Positions 24,894 to 34,963 of a stretch of DNA of 39,191 bases are shown one piece after another (position 1 is the stretch's first letter; each line of letters opens with the position of its first letter). A program made the translations under genes and the position numbers. The notes below the pieces were generated by a model. It was not told where the DNA came from. It saw only the letters and a list, made by a program, of their open reading frames with translations, and did no database searches. This DNA comes from a virus (Duplodnaviria; Caudoviricetes): positions 1 through 39,191 of the IMG/VR virus record IMGVR_UViG_3300012940_000052; one strand, given 5' to 3'.

Positions 24894-24994
24894 TCCCCAT
24901 TCCGGCCCTGATGGCCGGTCATCAGGCATCGCCCGTTCCGCTCCTCGCGGGCGGCGGGGCGGGCGGTGCAACCCAGCCTGCGAAAGGATAATCC

Positions 24995-25435
24995 ATGTCT
25001 ACCGCACTTCTCGATATCACGACCGCCGCCGTCGAAGAGACGGCCACCATCCACATCAAGAACGCGGCCGGCGAGTTGCTCTATGCCGACGCCGAGCGCA
25101 AGATGCCGGTGCAGATCGTCATCTATGGCCCGGGCAGCGATGCATTCGGCGTCGTCGAGGCCCGCCAGTCCGCCCGCGCCGTGAAGCGCATGCAGGACAA
25201 TGACGGCAAGATCAGTGTCGCGCCCTATGAGCAGCGCGTGCAGGAGACGGCCGAGGATCTGGCCGCGATCACGGTCCGGTTCGAGAATTTCTCCTACCCG
25301 CCGGCCGGCGACGCCAAGGGCCAGAAACTGTTCGAGGCGGTCTATGCCGACAAGAAGCTCGGCTTCATCACCCGGCAGGTCTCGAAGTTCGTCGCAGATT
25401 GGGGAAACTTCAAGCCCGGCTCGGCCGGGATCTGA
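24995..25435 (+). CDS. Tail assembly chaperone (G-like)
   Basis: Between the tube and tape-measure genes; ends with a slippery site. Confidence 0.85.
   Translation: MSTALLDITTAAVEETATIHIKNAAGELLYADAERKMPVQIVIYGPGSDAFGVVEARQSARAVKRMQDNDGKISVAPYEQRVQETAEDLAAITVRFENFSYPPAGDAKGQKLFEAVYADKKLGFITRQVSKFVADWGNFKPGSAGI
25402..25408 (+). promoter_or_regulatory. Programmed -1 frameshift site G GGA AAC
   Basis: In-frame X XXY YYZ heptamer; the -1 frame is open to 25866. Confidence 0.9.
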
Positions 25436-25866
25436 AACTCTACGTCCGGCAACTGGCGTGGCTCCATGCCACGCCAAAGCCGCCGGAGGGCACGAAGCGC
25501 GCCAAATATGCGGACAAGGCGCCCCGCCTCAGCCGTCTCGATGCGATGAAGCGGGACGGCGTCACGCCGAAAATGCCGCCGAACCCGGCACCCCATATCA
25601 TCGGCTGGCTGGTGGAGATGGGGCTGTCCGAAGCGGCCGGCATGGGGTCCGCACCGATCAGTTGGGCCACCATCAACGAATGGCAGCGTGCGACCCGCGT
25701 CGCGCTCAAGCCGTGGGAGGCCCGGCTGATCCACACCCTGTCAGTCGAATATCTCGCCGAAGGACGGAAGGCGGAAAGCGAGACCTGCCCCGCGCCGTGG
25801 CGCGCGGCCCCGACGCAGGCCGACCGCAATGCCGAACTGGCGCGGTTGCAGATGGTGCTGGGCTAG
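25402..25866 (+). CDS. Tail assembly chaperone T segment (C-terminal part of the G-T fusion)
   Basis: Open -1 frame with no good independent start; PISWATINEW...LKPWEARLI. Confidence 0.8.
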   Translation, partial: GKLQARLGRDLKLYVRQLAWLHATPKPPEGTKRAKYADKAPRLSRLDAMKRDGVTPKMPPNPAPHIIGWLVEMGLSEAAGMGSAPISWATINEWQRATRVALKPWEARLIHTLSVEYLAEGRKAESETCPAPWRAAPTQADRNAELARLQMVLG

Positions 25867-25922
25867 GCGGTCAATTCGCCTGTCGCGAGATCGGTCCGTG
25901 ACCGGAGAAGGAGGCGTTAAAC

Positions 25923-28900
25923 ATGGATGACGGGACGCCTGCGCTTGAGGTGGGATTTGCCATCGGCACAGGAGATTCAGCGACCGAACTGATGCGCCTT
26001 CAGGACGTTATGAACTCCACCGAGGCGAAGGTCGTGGCAGAGGCCGCGCGCATCGAGAAGGCGACGGCTGGAATGGTCAACCTGGGCGGCTCGGTCGCCC
26101 AGATCACTGCATTCGGCAACGCGGCCACAAGGGAGTTGCGCGAGGTCGCCCGGGCAACAGAACGGGCTGAGCGCAGCGGCGAGGCCATGGTGCGGCAACT
26201 CAATCGCCAGATCGAGACGTTCGGAAAGACTTCATCTGAGATCCGCGAGATGCGCGCCGAAATGCGCGCCGTTGAAGCCGAAAGTCAGGGCCTCACCGAG
26301 CTTGCGGGGCGCATCCGCGCCGCCAGCGCGCAGATGAATCTCCTTGAGGCCGGCACGCGCGGCATAGGTCAGAGCGGCAAGCTCGCCAGTCACCACATGC
26401 AAAATCTGGCCTTCCAGTTCCAGGACTTGGGCATCCAGATGGCGGCCGCCGCCGGCAGCTCGGCTCCGCTCAAGATGGCCTTCATGGCCTTGATGCAGCA
26501 AGGGGCACAGATTCAGGGCATCATGTCCCAGGCGGGGATCGGCATTCGCGGCGTCGGCGCGGCTTTTGCCGACATGTCGAAATCCCTCATCGTCGCGGTG
26601 GCGACAAATCCCGTCATTCTGGGGCTGTCGGCGGCAATCGGCGCGGTGGCGCTTGCGATCAAGACACTCCAATCCTCGGCCAACGACGGATCCGGCATGG
26701 AGGAATACGCCAAGTCGCTGGGCCTCACAGAAAAGGAAATCCGCAAGCTGGATGACGTCACTGTGACCTTCGGCGACACCGCCAAGGCGGTGTTTCAGGT
26801 CACTGGCCGCGCCATCTGGTCGGCCATCGGTCCTTCGGTGACCAGCGTCTGGAACGTCATGAAGGAGTGGATCGGGTGGATCGGCGGCGGCGTGAGGGGC
26901 GCCGTGAACTTCATGATCGGCGGCTTCATCGGCGCGTACAACACGATCACGAAATCATGGCGGGGCTTTCCGGCCGTGCTCGGCGATGTCTTCATCAGCG
27001 GGGTGAACGCGGCGATCGGGGCGATCAATACGCTGGTGCAGAAAGCGATCGACGGGATCAATTTCCTCTCCCGACAGGCGAACAAGATATTGCCTTCCGC
27101 GCTACAGATCCCGGAGCTGGACGCGCCGCAGATCGCGAAGGTGAACAATCAGTTCAAGGGAGCCTTTGCGGAGTTCGGGGCGACCGCGCGGGAAGAAATG
27201 GCCCGGGCCATTGGCACTGATTATGTCGGCGAGGCCGGCTCTGCCATCGTTGAACAGGCCCGCCAGAACGCGCGCGATCGGATTCGCGAGCAGGCTGAGG
27301 CCGCTGGTTATCTTGACCCCGATAAATCCAGTGGAACGAAGCAGCGCCTTTCCGAGGAAGAGAAGGCCTATCAGGCGGCCTTGAAGGCCGCGAACGATTA
27401 CATCGCCGCGCAGCAGGAGGAGGCAACGCGGATCGGCAAGTCGGCTAAGGAAATCCGGCTCATGACCGATGCCGTGCAGCGCATGAATGCCCCCCTTGAG
27501 AGCCAGAAGCTGGCGATCGATCAGGTCGCCGCCGCGCGGGAGGCCGCATATAGCGCCCAGGCCGCGAAGGATTTCGAGGCCAACGTGATGAAGCCTCTTC
27601 GCGACGAACTCGCGCTTTATGGCCTTGTCGGACCAGAGCGCGCGGCGGCGGCGCTGGAACTCGAGAAACAGGCATTCCTCACCGCGCACATGGACGATGG
27701 ACTCGAGGTCGCGCAGGCTCGGTGGGAAGAATATTACGCGGCCAAGAAGCAGTTGATCGACAAGGACGCCGCCGCCGCGCGGGAGGCCGACGCCATTCGG
27801 CGCGCGCAAGAGAACATGGAGGCCCTTATCGACGCGGCCAACCGAGCGGGAGACGCACTGTCGCGCGCCTTCGGTTCCGGCGGCGAAGCAATCGCCAACA
27901 TGCTCACGGCCCTGACGAATTATTCCGAGCGGCAGGCCAAGATTCAGGAGCAGGTGCGCCAGGGCACATTGACGCAGGGGCAGGCCGCCCAACGCACCGG
28001 CATCCTCACCGCTGGCGCCTATGGTGACATGGCGGAGGCCGCGAGGGACTTCTTCGATGAAGGCAGTTCCGGCTACAAGGCCATGACGCACGCCCTGCAG
28101 GTGTTCCGGGCCATCGAGTTCGCCCTGTCGGTCAAGGCGATCGCGCAGGATGCGATCGAAACGGCGTCGTCGATCGCCAAGAGCGGCGCGCGCACGGCCG
28201 TGAAGGCGGTGGAGGCCGTTGTCAGCGCCATCTCGTCGCTGCCCTTTCCGCTCAACCTCGCGGCCGGCGCGGCGACGATCGCGGCGCTCGCGTCCATCGG
28301 CGTGTCGATCGCCGGCGCGTTCGGCGGGGGCAGCAGTTCCCTCCCGCAGAGCAACACGGGCACCGGCACGGTCCTGGGCGACGCCGATGCCAAGAGCGAG
28401 AGCATCAAGAACGCGATCGACCAACTCAAGGATGTCGACACCACGATGCTCACCTATTCGCGGCAGATGGCGGCGTCGCTCAGCTCGATCGAAAGCCAGA
28501 TCGGAAGCCTCGCCAGCCTCGTGGTGCGCACCGGCGATGTCAACGCCGACACCGGGGTCGACACCGGGTTCAAGGCGAATCTCATCGGGTCCGTGCTCGG
28601 CTCCATTCCCCTCATCGGCGGTATCCTCGGCGGGCTGTTCGGCACCAAGACCACGATCACCGGCAGCGGCCTCTATGCCGCGCCGCAGTCGCTCGGCGAC
28701 ATCCTGTCGGGCGGGTTCGATGCCAGCTATTATTCGGACGTCAAGAAGAAGAAGCTCTTCGGCATCACGACCAGCACCAAATATTCGACGCAATATGCCG
28801 ATGCCGATACCGGCCTCGAAAGCCAGTTCACCCTGCTGCTCAAGCAGTTCGATGACGCGATCCTCGCGGCGGCCGGTCCGCTGGGCGTCGCCACGTCCAC

Positions 28901-30191
28901 GATCGAGAACAGGCTGAACAGCTTCGTCGTCGATATCGGCAAGATCGACCTCAAGGACCTCACGGGGGACGAGATCGAGGAGAAGCTGAACGCGGTATTC
29001 GGCGCCGCCGCCGACGACATGGCGGAAGCGGCCTTCCCCTTCATCTCGCAATTCCAGGAAGTGGGCGAGGGCGCGTTCGAGACGCTCGTGCGGGTCGCGT
29101 CGACCGTGGAGACGGTGACGTCGACACTCGACCTGCTCAGCCAGTCCGCGCAGGACCTTGGCATCGCGGCCAAGATGGGCCTCGCCGACCAGTTCGACAG
29201 CCTCAGCGACTTCTCCAGCGCCGCGCAGGCCTATCTCGAAACCTACTATACCTCGGAAGAGCAGGCGGCGGCGCTGACGGCGCAGATGGCGGACGTCTTC
29301 GACGGCCTCGGCCTTGCCATGCCCGACACACTCGCGTCGTTCCGCCAGCTCGTGGAAGCGCAGGACCTGACGACGGATGCGGGGCAGGCCACCTATGCGA
29401 CGCTGCTCAAGCTCGCCCCCGCCTTCGCCGAGGTGCAGGAGGCGATGAACGGGGCCAAGAGCGCGGCCGATATCCTGTCGGAGCGGCAGGACCTCGAACG
29501 GCAGTTGCTCGAGCTGCGCGGCGACACGGCCGCGCTGCGCGAAATGGAGCTGGCCAAGCTCGATGCCAGCAACCGCGCGCTTCAGGAGGAAATCTGGGCT
29601 CTCGAGGACGCGCAGGACGCCGCCAGCGCCGCGCAGGAACTGGCCGACGCATGGACGTCGGCCGGCGACAGCATCGCGGACGAGATCGAGCGCATTCGCG
29701 GCCTCACCAGCACGGACTCGCAGAGCTATGTCACGCTACTCAGTCAGTTCAACGCGGCCACGGCCGCCGCGCGTGGCGGCGACATCGATGCGGCGAACAG
29801 CCTGCCGCAATTGTCGCAGTCCCTGCTGAACGCCGCCGCGCTTGTTGCCACGAGCCGGCAGGAACTGGCCCGGGTGCAGGCGCAGACCGCCGCCAGCCTG
29901 GAGCAGACCAACGCCGTCATCGCCGGACTCGCCGGCGCATCGAGCGACGCGACCGATGCGGCGCTGCTGGCCGCCAGCGCCACGACGCAGGACAGCACGT
30001 CCAGCGACAGCAGTCAGGTCGATCTGGCCGCCGCGCTCGACGACATGCGCGCGGAGCTGGAGCAGCTTCGCAGTGACATGAACGCCGGCATGGCCACGGT
30101 CGCGGGCAACACGGGCAAGATTTCGCGCACGCTCGACAATGTGACCTCCGCGAGCGGCGGGGACGCGATTACGACGGTACAGGCGGCATGA
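25923..30191 (+). CDS. Tape measure protein
   Basis: 1422 aa, Ala-rich and helical; QNLAFQFQD...LMQQGAQI motif; follows the chaperones. Confidence 0.93.
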   Translation: MDDGTPALEVGFAIGTGDSATELMRLQDVMNSTEAKVVAEAARIEKATAGMVNLGGSVAQITAFGNAATRELREVARATERAERSGEAMVRQLNRQIETFGKTSSEIREMRAEMRAVEAESQGLTELAGRIRAASAQMNLLEAGTRGIGQSGKLASHHMQNLAFQFQDLGIQMAAAAGSSAPLKMAFMALMQQGAQIQGIMSQAGIGIRGVGAAFADMSKSLIVAVATNPVILGLSAAIGAVALAIKTLQSSANDGSGMEEYAKSLGLTEKEIRKLDDVTVTFGDTAKAVFQVTGRAIWSAIGPSVTSVWNVMKEWIGWIGGGVRGAVNFMIGGFIGAYNTITKSWRGFPAVLGDVFISGVNAAIGAINTLVQKAIDGINFLSRQANKILPSALQIPELDAPQIAKVNNQFKGAFAEFGATAREEMARAIGTDYVGEAGSAIVEQARQNARDRIREQAEAAGYLDPDKSSGTKQRLSEEEKAYQAALKAANDYIAAQQEEATRIGKSAKEIRLMTDAVQRMNAPLESQKLAIDQVAAAREAAYSAQAAKDFEANVMKPLRDELALYGLVGPERAAAALELEKQAFLTAHMDDGLEVAQARWEEYYAAKKQLIDKDAAAAREADAIRRAQENMEALIDAANRAGDALSRAFGSGGEAIANMLTALTNYSERQAKIQEQVRQGTLTQGQAAQRTGILTAGAYGDMAEAARDFFDEGSSGYKAMTHALQVFRAIEFALSVKAIAQDAIETASSIAKSGARTAVKAVEAVVSAISSLPFPLNLAAGAATIAALASIGVSIAGAFGGGSSSLPQSNTGTGTVLGDADAKSESIKNAIDQLKDVDTTMLTYSRQMAASLSSIESQIGSLASLVVRTGDVNADTGVDTGFKANLIGSVLGSIPLIGGILGGLFGTKTTITGSGLYAAPQSLGDILSGGFDASYYSDVKKKKLFGITTSTKYSTQYADADTGLESQFTLLLKQFDDAILAAAGPLGVATSTIENRLNSFVVDIGKIDLKDLTGDEIEEKLNAVFGAAADDMAEAAFPFISQFQEVGEGAFETLVRVASTVETVTSTLDLLSQSAQDLGIAAKMGLADQFDSLSDFSSAAQAYLETYYTSEEQAAALTAQMADVFDGLGLAMPDTLASFRQLVEAQDLTTDAGQATYATLLKLAPAFAEVQEAMNGAKSAADILSERQDLERQLLELRGDTAALREMELAKLDASNRALQEEIWALEDAQDAASAAQELADAWTSAGDSIADEIERIRGLTSTDSQSYVTLLSQFNAATAAARGGDIDAANSLPQLSQSLLNAAALVATSRQELARVQAQTAASLEQTNAVIAGLAGASSDATDAALLAASATTQDSTSSDSSQVDLAAALDDMRAELEQLRSDMNAGMATVAGNTGKISRTLDNVTSASGGDAITTVQAA

Positions 30192-33100
30192 AGCTCGTTC
30201 CGCCGCTCGTCATCACGGACGCGATCCTTTCGGCGTCCAGCGTGCCCGAGACCGACTATCCCGCATGGGACGATGAAGAGACCTATGCGCCGGGCGACCG
30301 CGTCATTTCCGCGCACCGGATCTATGAGAGCCTGATCGACGCCAATGCCGGCAACGCGCCGGGCAGCGGCACGGCGTGGCTCGACACGGGCCCCACCAAT
30401 CGCTGGGCCATGTTCGATGCTGCGGCCGGCGCCCGCACCACGGCGTCGACGACGATCAGCGTCACGCTCATGCCGCCCGAGGCGGTCGACGCGATCGGCC
30501 TGCTCGACATGGATGCGTCCAGCGTCCGCGTGCAGGTCATCGCGGACGGGGATACGATCTTCGATGAGACCGATGCGACCGGCGCGCCGACGCTGACCTT
30601 CATCGATCTGCCCGGAGCGCCCGGCGCGACCATCATCGTGACGCTGGAGCCTGTTTCCGGGGCGACGGCCATCGGAAAGCTGATCGTCGGCACCGCGTTC
30701 GACCTTGGCGATACCGAGGACGGGCCGACCGTCAGCATCACCGATTACAGCCGGCGCGAGACGGACGATTTCGGCGTGACGACCATCGTCGAGCGGGCAT
30801 GGGCGCGCAAGCTCACGGTGCGCTCGCGCATCGAATCCGCCCGGGTCGATACAGTCCACCGCAGGGTGACGGATGTCCGCGCGCGCGCCGCGCTCTGGAT
30901 CGGGGAGCCCGGATTCGAGAGCCTGACCCTGTACGGCTTCTTCAAGGATTATTCGGTCGACCTCCAGCTCGGCACGGCAAGCTTCTGCTCCCTCACGATC
31001 GAAGGCCTGCCTTCGGCCGAAACGACTAATCCGGTCATCGACCCGTCGCCCGACCTGCCCAGCGATTTCCTCGTCATCCGCCCGCAGGCGGTGACCGATG
31101 CCGTGCTGACGGCCAGCAACGCCCCCGAGGACGACCATCCGGCATGGGATGCCGAAGCGACCTATGCGCTGGGCGACCGCGTCATCTCGACCGCGACGCA
31201 CCGGATCTACGAGAGCGCCATTGCGGACAATCTGGGCAATGACCCCACGGCCGGCGCGACGCAATGGATCGACACGGGCCCCACGAACCGCTGGGCCATG
31301 TTTGACGAGGCACTGGGGACGCTGACCACCCGGACCGGATCGCTCACCGTCAACCTCAAGCCCTCCGCCGACGTGAACGGTCTCGCGATCCTCGATGCGG
31401 ACGCGGCAACGGTGCGCGTGCAGGCGCCCGGCTATGACGAGACATTGGCCGCCACGGTCGGCGGCGAACCGATCCGGTCGCTGACGTTCCTTGACCTCGA
31501 TGTCACGGCCGGCGCGACGATCGTCGTCACGATCGACGCCGCGAGCGGGGCGCTGCCTGTTTCGGTCGGCACGCTGCTGATCGGGACGGTGGAACCCATG
31601 GGCCTCGCGGAAATCTCGCCCACGCTCGGCATCACCGATTACAGCCTCAAGGAAACGGACGATTTCGGCAACACCGAGCCGGTCGAACGGGCATGGGCGA
31701 AGCGCATGTCGGTCAAGGCGCAGATCACGACGCCCGCGCTGGACAATCTCGTTCGGCGGGTGGCGTCGCTCCGCGCTCGGCCCGCGCTCTGGATCGGGCA
31801 GGCCGGATTCGACAGCCTTACCATCTACGGGTTCTTCCGCGATTTCTCGGCGGAAGTGAGCGAGCGCGTCTCGGTCTGCTCCTATACGATCGAGGGCCTG
31901 TCCGAAGCCGTGACGCTCTCCCCCAGCGTGGTGAACTGGGTCGACATCGTCGACAGCGATCCGGAGAACCATCCCAAGCCGGAGGACGGGGCCACGGTCG
32001 GCGCGCCCGAGGGCACGCCGGTGGGCGACCGGCCGGCCGAGGATGTGATCGCCGATATCGACCAGCTCGAGATCGATGCGGACGCGGCGATGACGGCGGC
32101 GGCCAATGCGCTCTCGGCCGCGCTGGCGGCGCAGCAGGATGTCATCGACCTCGGCACGGACCTGACCACCCAGATCGACGATCTCGCCGCCGATATCACG
32201 GCGGCCGGCGGGGACATCGAGACGCTGCAATCGACGGTCGCCACACAAGGCGCCGCGATCACCGACAATGCGACCGCGATCAGCAACGCGGTGGGCGACC
32301 TCGCCACGCTCTCCAGCACCGTGGGCACGCAGGGCTCGGCGATCACCGAAAACGCCACGGCGATCAGCGGGCTGGAGCTGACGGCCGCCTCCCTCACCAC
32401 GACCGTCAGCGCGGGGCCGGCGGCGCTCAACCGCAACCCAACATTCGCGGTCTGGGAAGACGGGCAGACCTTCCCGACCGGATATCTGGCGCACACGAAC
32501 ACCGCGCCGAGCCAGAGCTTCGCGAAGGTGCCGGGCAACTATGGCAATGCCCTCAGGGTCACCAACACGCTGCCGGACAGCGCGGAGATCATCGGCTTCT
32601 GGGCGTGGGGCGCCACGGCCGATCCCACCTCCGCGCTCACGCACCCGGCGCTCTCGCTGGCGGGTCCGGGCTGGTATCTGATCGAGGCCGAGATCACGCT
32701 GGTCTCGGGCACGCTCGCCTCCTCCGGTGTCGCGCTGCAAGGCTATGACGCCTCCGCCAGCTATGTCTCGGGCGCGACGGCGCGCCTCCAGTTCGACATC
32801 GATCCCGACAGCACCGGCACCGTCGTCGGCAACGGCACGGTGGGCAAGACCTATCATTTCTCGAAGCTCGTCCAACTGACGCAGGCGACGATCTCGTCGC
32901 TCCGGCTGATCGGGCAGAATTACCGCAGCACCTTCGGTCCGGTCGCCGCCAAGTCGATCACCTGGCACAAGCTGACCGTCCGCCCCGGCAACGGCAGCGA
33001 CGTGACCGTCGTCCAGCATGCGGAGGCGATCAGCACGCTCGACACGCAATATGCGAGCCTGTCGAGCACGGTCAGCACGCAGGGCGGGACGATCACCGCA

Positions 33101-34720
33101 CATGCAACGGCGATCTCCACCCTCCAGGGCGATGTGTCGACGCTGGAGTCCACGGTCTCCACCCAGGGCTCCAGCATCAGTTCGCTGCAATCGGCCTCCA
33201 CCACGCAGGCGGGGCAGCTCGCCAGCCTGACGACGGAAGTCCGCGCCGGCGGCGTCGCGATCAACCGCTCGATCTACCGCGATGACTGGTCGGGCGGATA
33301 TCCGGTCGGCTGGCAGGCCTGGTACTCGGCCTCGCAGGGGGCCGTGTCGAAGGTCGAGGGCATTTATGGCTCCGCCCTGCAGATCGCCAGCAATGTCGCC
33401 GACGCCACAGAGGCCGGATATGGCGTCTATTCGCGCGCGAACAGCACCCAGCCCGGCATGATGAAGGCCGGCCCCGGCTGGTACGAGATCGAGGCCGAGG
33501 TGGAGCTGGTCTCCGGAAACCTCGGCGGCGCCGGCGTCCGGCTTCAGGGATATGACGACGCCCTCGACTATCAGCAGACGGCGCTGTTCGCCTTGAGCAC
33601 CACCCCCGATGTGACCGGCGTCGCGCCCGGGGCGGGAGTCGCAGGGCGCGTCTACCGCTTCAAGCAGGTTGTCCAGCTCACCAACTCGAACATCACCGTG
33701 CTCCGTTTGGTGGCCGCCGCGCAGATGGGCAGCACCTCCGACTTCAGGACCAAGACGATCGTGTTCCACCGACTCGATGTCAGTCCGGTCGCGGCGCAGG
33801 TGGTGCAGAACATCACTGCGGTCAACACGCTCAACACCCAATATGCCGACCTCTCGACGACGGTCGGCACGCAGGGCGTCACCATCACGAGCCACACCAG
33901 CGCGATCAGCACGATCAACGGCAATGTGACGACGCTGTTCGGCAAGGCGGGCGTCTCGGTCGACGTCAACGGGCGCGTCACGGGCTGGGAGACCAACAAC
34001 AATGGCGACAGCGGCGATTTCAGGATTCACGCCGACTATTTCGCGATCGAGAAGCCCGGCGGGGGAAATCGCACCGTCTATTCGGACGGGAGCTGGCGCA
34101 TCATCGCCGGCTCGATGATGTCGGTCTGGGGCTGCGGTTTCGGCAGTTCCGGCCAGTTCATCGAATGGACCGGGCCGGTGCAGTCCGACCTCTCCAACTG
34201 CACCGAATCGAACGCGGTCAAATATGTGAAGACGAACGGGGACGCCTATTATGCCGGCGCGCTCTCGGCCGGGCTCCTCATCAATCGCGGGCAGACGACG
34301 CTCACCAGCTCGGACGCGTCGATCGTGGTCGGGCCGTTCGGGACCAATGGCGACCCCAAGACCGTCGTCGTCTCCTATACCTATGCCCGATCTTACCGCT
34401 GTAACGCGAGCACCGGCGGCATCTCCGGTTCGGGATCGGCCACCATCGTCATCGAGCGCGATCTGGGCTCCGGCTGGCTGACCATCGGTTCGTTCACGGC
34501 GAACGAGACGTTGCGCTCCGTGATCGTCGACGGCGACCCGAGCGTGAAGGACACCGTCCGCTGGTCGATGGGCGGAAGCGTCACCCTCACGGACAATTCG
34601 CCGAGCGGCAGCATCACCCTGCGCGCCCGCATCAGCGCCCGCACGCTGCCGACGTTCAGCGGGACCAGCATTACCGCCGACGCCACCGGCCAGACGCTCG
34701 GCGTCGTCTCCACCGAGTAG
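30188..34720 (+). CDS. Large tail-tip / central fibre protein with two internal duplications
   Basis: Duplicated ~290-aa N-terminal module, coiled coils, two CBM-like domains, lambda-J-like VDVNGRVTG...FRIHADYFAI segment. Confidence 0.85.
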   Translation: MKLVPPLVITDAILSASSVPETDYPAWDDEETYAPGDRVISAHRIYESLIDANAGNAPGSGTAWLDTGPTNRWAMFDAAAGARTTASTTISVTLMPPEAVDAIGLLDMDASSVRVQVIADGDTIFDETDATGAPTLTFIDLPGAPGATIIVTLEPVSGATAIGKLIVGTAFDLGDTEDGPTVSITDYSRRETDDFGVTTIVERAWARKLTVRSRIESARVDTVHRRVTDVRARAALWIGEPGFESLTLYGFFKDYSVDLQLGTASFCSLTIEGLPSAETTNPVIDPSPDLPSDFLVIRPQAVTDAVLTASNAPEDDHPAWDAEATYALGDRVISTATHRIYESAIADNLGNDPTAGATQWIDTGPTNRWAMFDEALGTLTTRTGSLTVNLKPSADVNGLAILDADAATVRVQAPGYDETLAATVGGEPIRSLTFLDLDVTAGATIVVTIDAASGALPVSVGTLLIGTVEPMGLAEISPTLGITDYSLKETDDFGNTEPVERAWAKRMSVKAQITTPALDNLVRRVASLRARPALWIGQAGFDSLTIYGFFRDFSAEVSERVSVCSYTIEGLSEAVTLSPSVVNWVDIVDSDPENHPKPEDGATVGAPEGTPVGDRPAEDVIADIDQLEIDADAAMTAAANALSAALAAQQDVIDLGTDLTTQIDDLAADITAAGGDIETLQSTVATQGAAITDNATAISNAVGDLATLSSTVGTQGSAITENATAISGLELTAASLTTTVSAGPAALNRNPTFAVWEDGQTFPTGYLAHTNTAPSQSFAKVPGNYGNALRVTNTLPDSAEIIGFWAWGATADPTSALTHPALSLAGPGWYLIEAEITLVSGTLASSGVALQGYDASASYVSGATARLQFDIDPDSTGTVVGNGTVGKTYHFSKLVQLTQATISSLRLIGQNYRSTFGPVAAKSITWHKLTVRPGNGSDVTVVQHAEAISTLDTQYASLSSTVSTQGGTITAHATAISTLQGDVSTLESTVSTQGSSISSLQSASTTQAGQLASLTTEVRAGGVAINRSIYRDDWSGGYPVGWQAWYSASQGAVSKVEGIYGSALQIASNVADATEAGYGVYSRANSTQPGMMKAGPGWYEIEAEVELVSGNLGGAGVRLQGYDDALDYQQTALFALSTTPDVTGVAPGAGVAGRVYRFKQVVQLTNSNITVLRLVAAAQMGSTSDFRTKTIVFHRLDVSPVAAQVVQNITAVNTLNTQYADLSTTVGTQGVTITSHTSAISTINGNVTTLFGKAGVSVDVNGRVTGWETNNNGDSGDFRIHADYFAIEKPGGGNRTVYSDGSWRIIAGSMMSVWGCGFGSSGQFIEWTGPVQSDLSNCTESNAVKYVKTNGDAYYAGALSAGLLINRGQTTLTSSDASIVVGPFGTNGDPKTVVVSYTYARSYRCNASTGGISGSGSATIVIERDLGSGWLTIGSFTANETLRSVIVDGDPSVKDTVRWSMGGSVTLTDNSPSGSITLRARISARTLPTFSGTSITADATGQTLGVVSTE

Positions 34721-34732
34721 AAAGGAAGCCCA

Positions 34733-34960
34733 ATGTCCGATCCGACCCCCATCGAGACCCTTGCCACGCTCGTGCGGCATTCCAGCTATGCGTCGATCGC
34801 CGACGGCATGGCCGCTCTGCGCCAGCCGCTGTTCGACAATGCCAGCCTGTTCGCGCATGTCGACGCGCTGGCACAGATCATGCCGCGCCTCGCGGCGGCG
34901 ATCGACAAGCTGGTGCCCGTCGAAGAGACCGAGACGCCTGAAGAGCCCGCCGAGGGCTGA
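34733..34960 (+). CDS. Small hypothetical protein
   Basis: SD AAAGGA; directly after the tail-tip gene. Confidence 0.7.
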   Translation: MSDPTPIETLATLVRHSSYASIADGMAALRQPLFDNASLFAHVDALAQIMPRLAAAIDKLVPVEETETPEEPAEG

Positions 34961-34963
34961 ACC

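Noticed and set aside
25399-25866. Independent TTG-started gene
   Set aside because: No SD; better explained as the -1 frameshift extension of the chaperone
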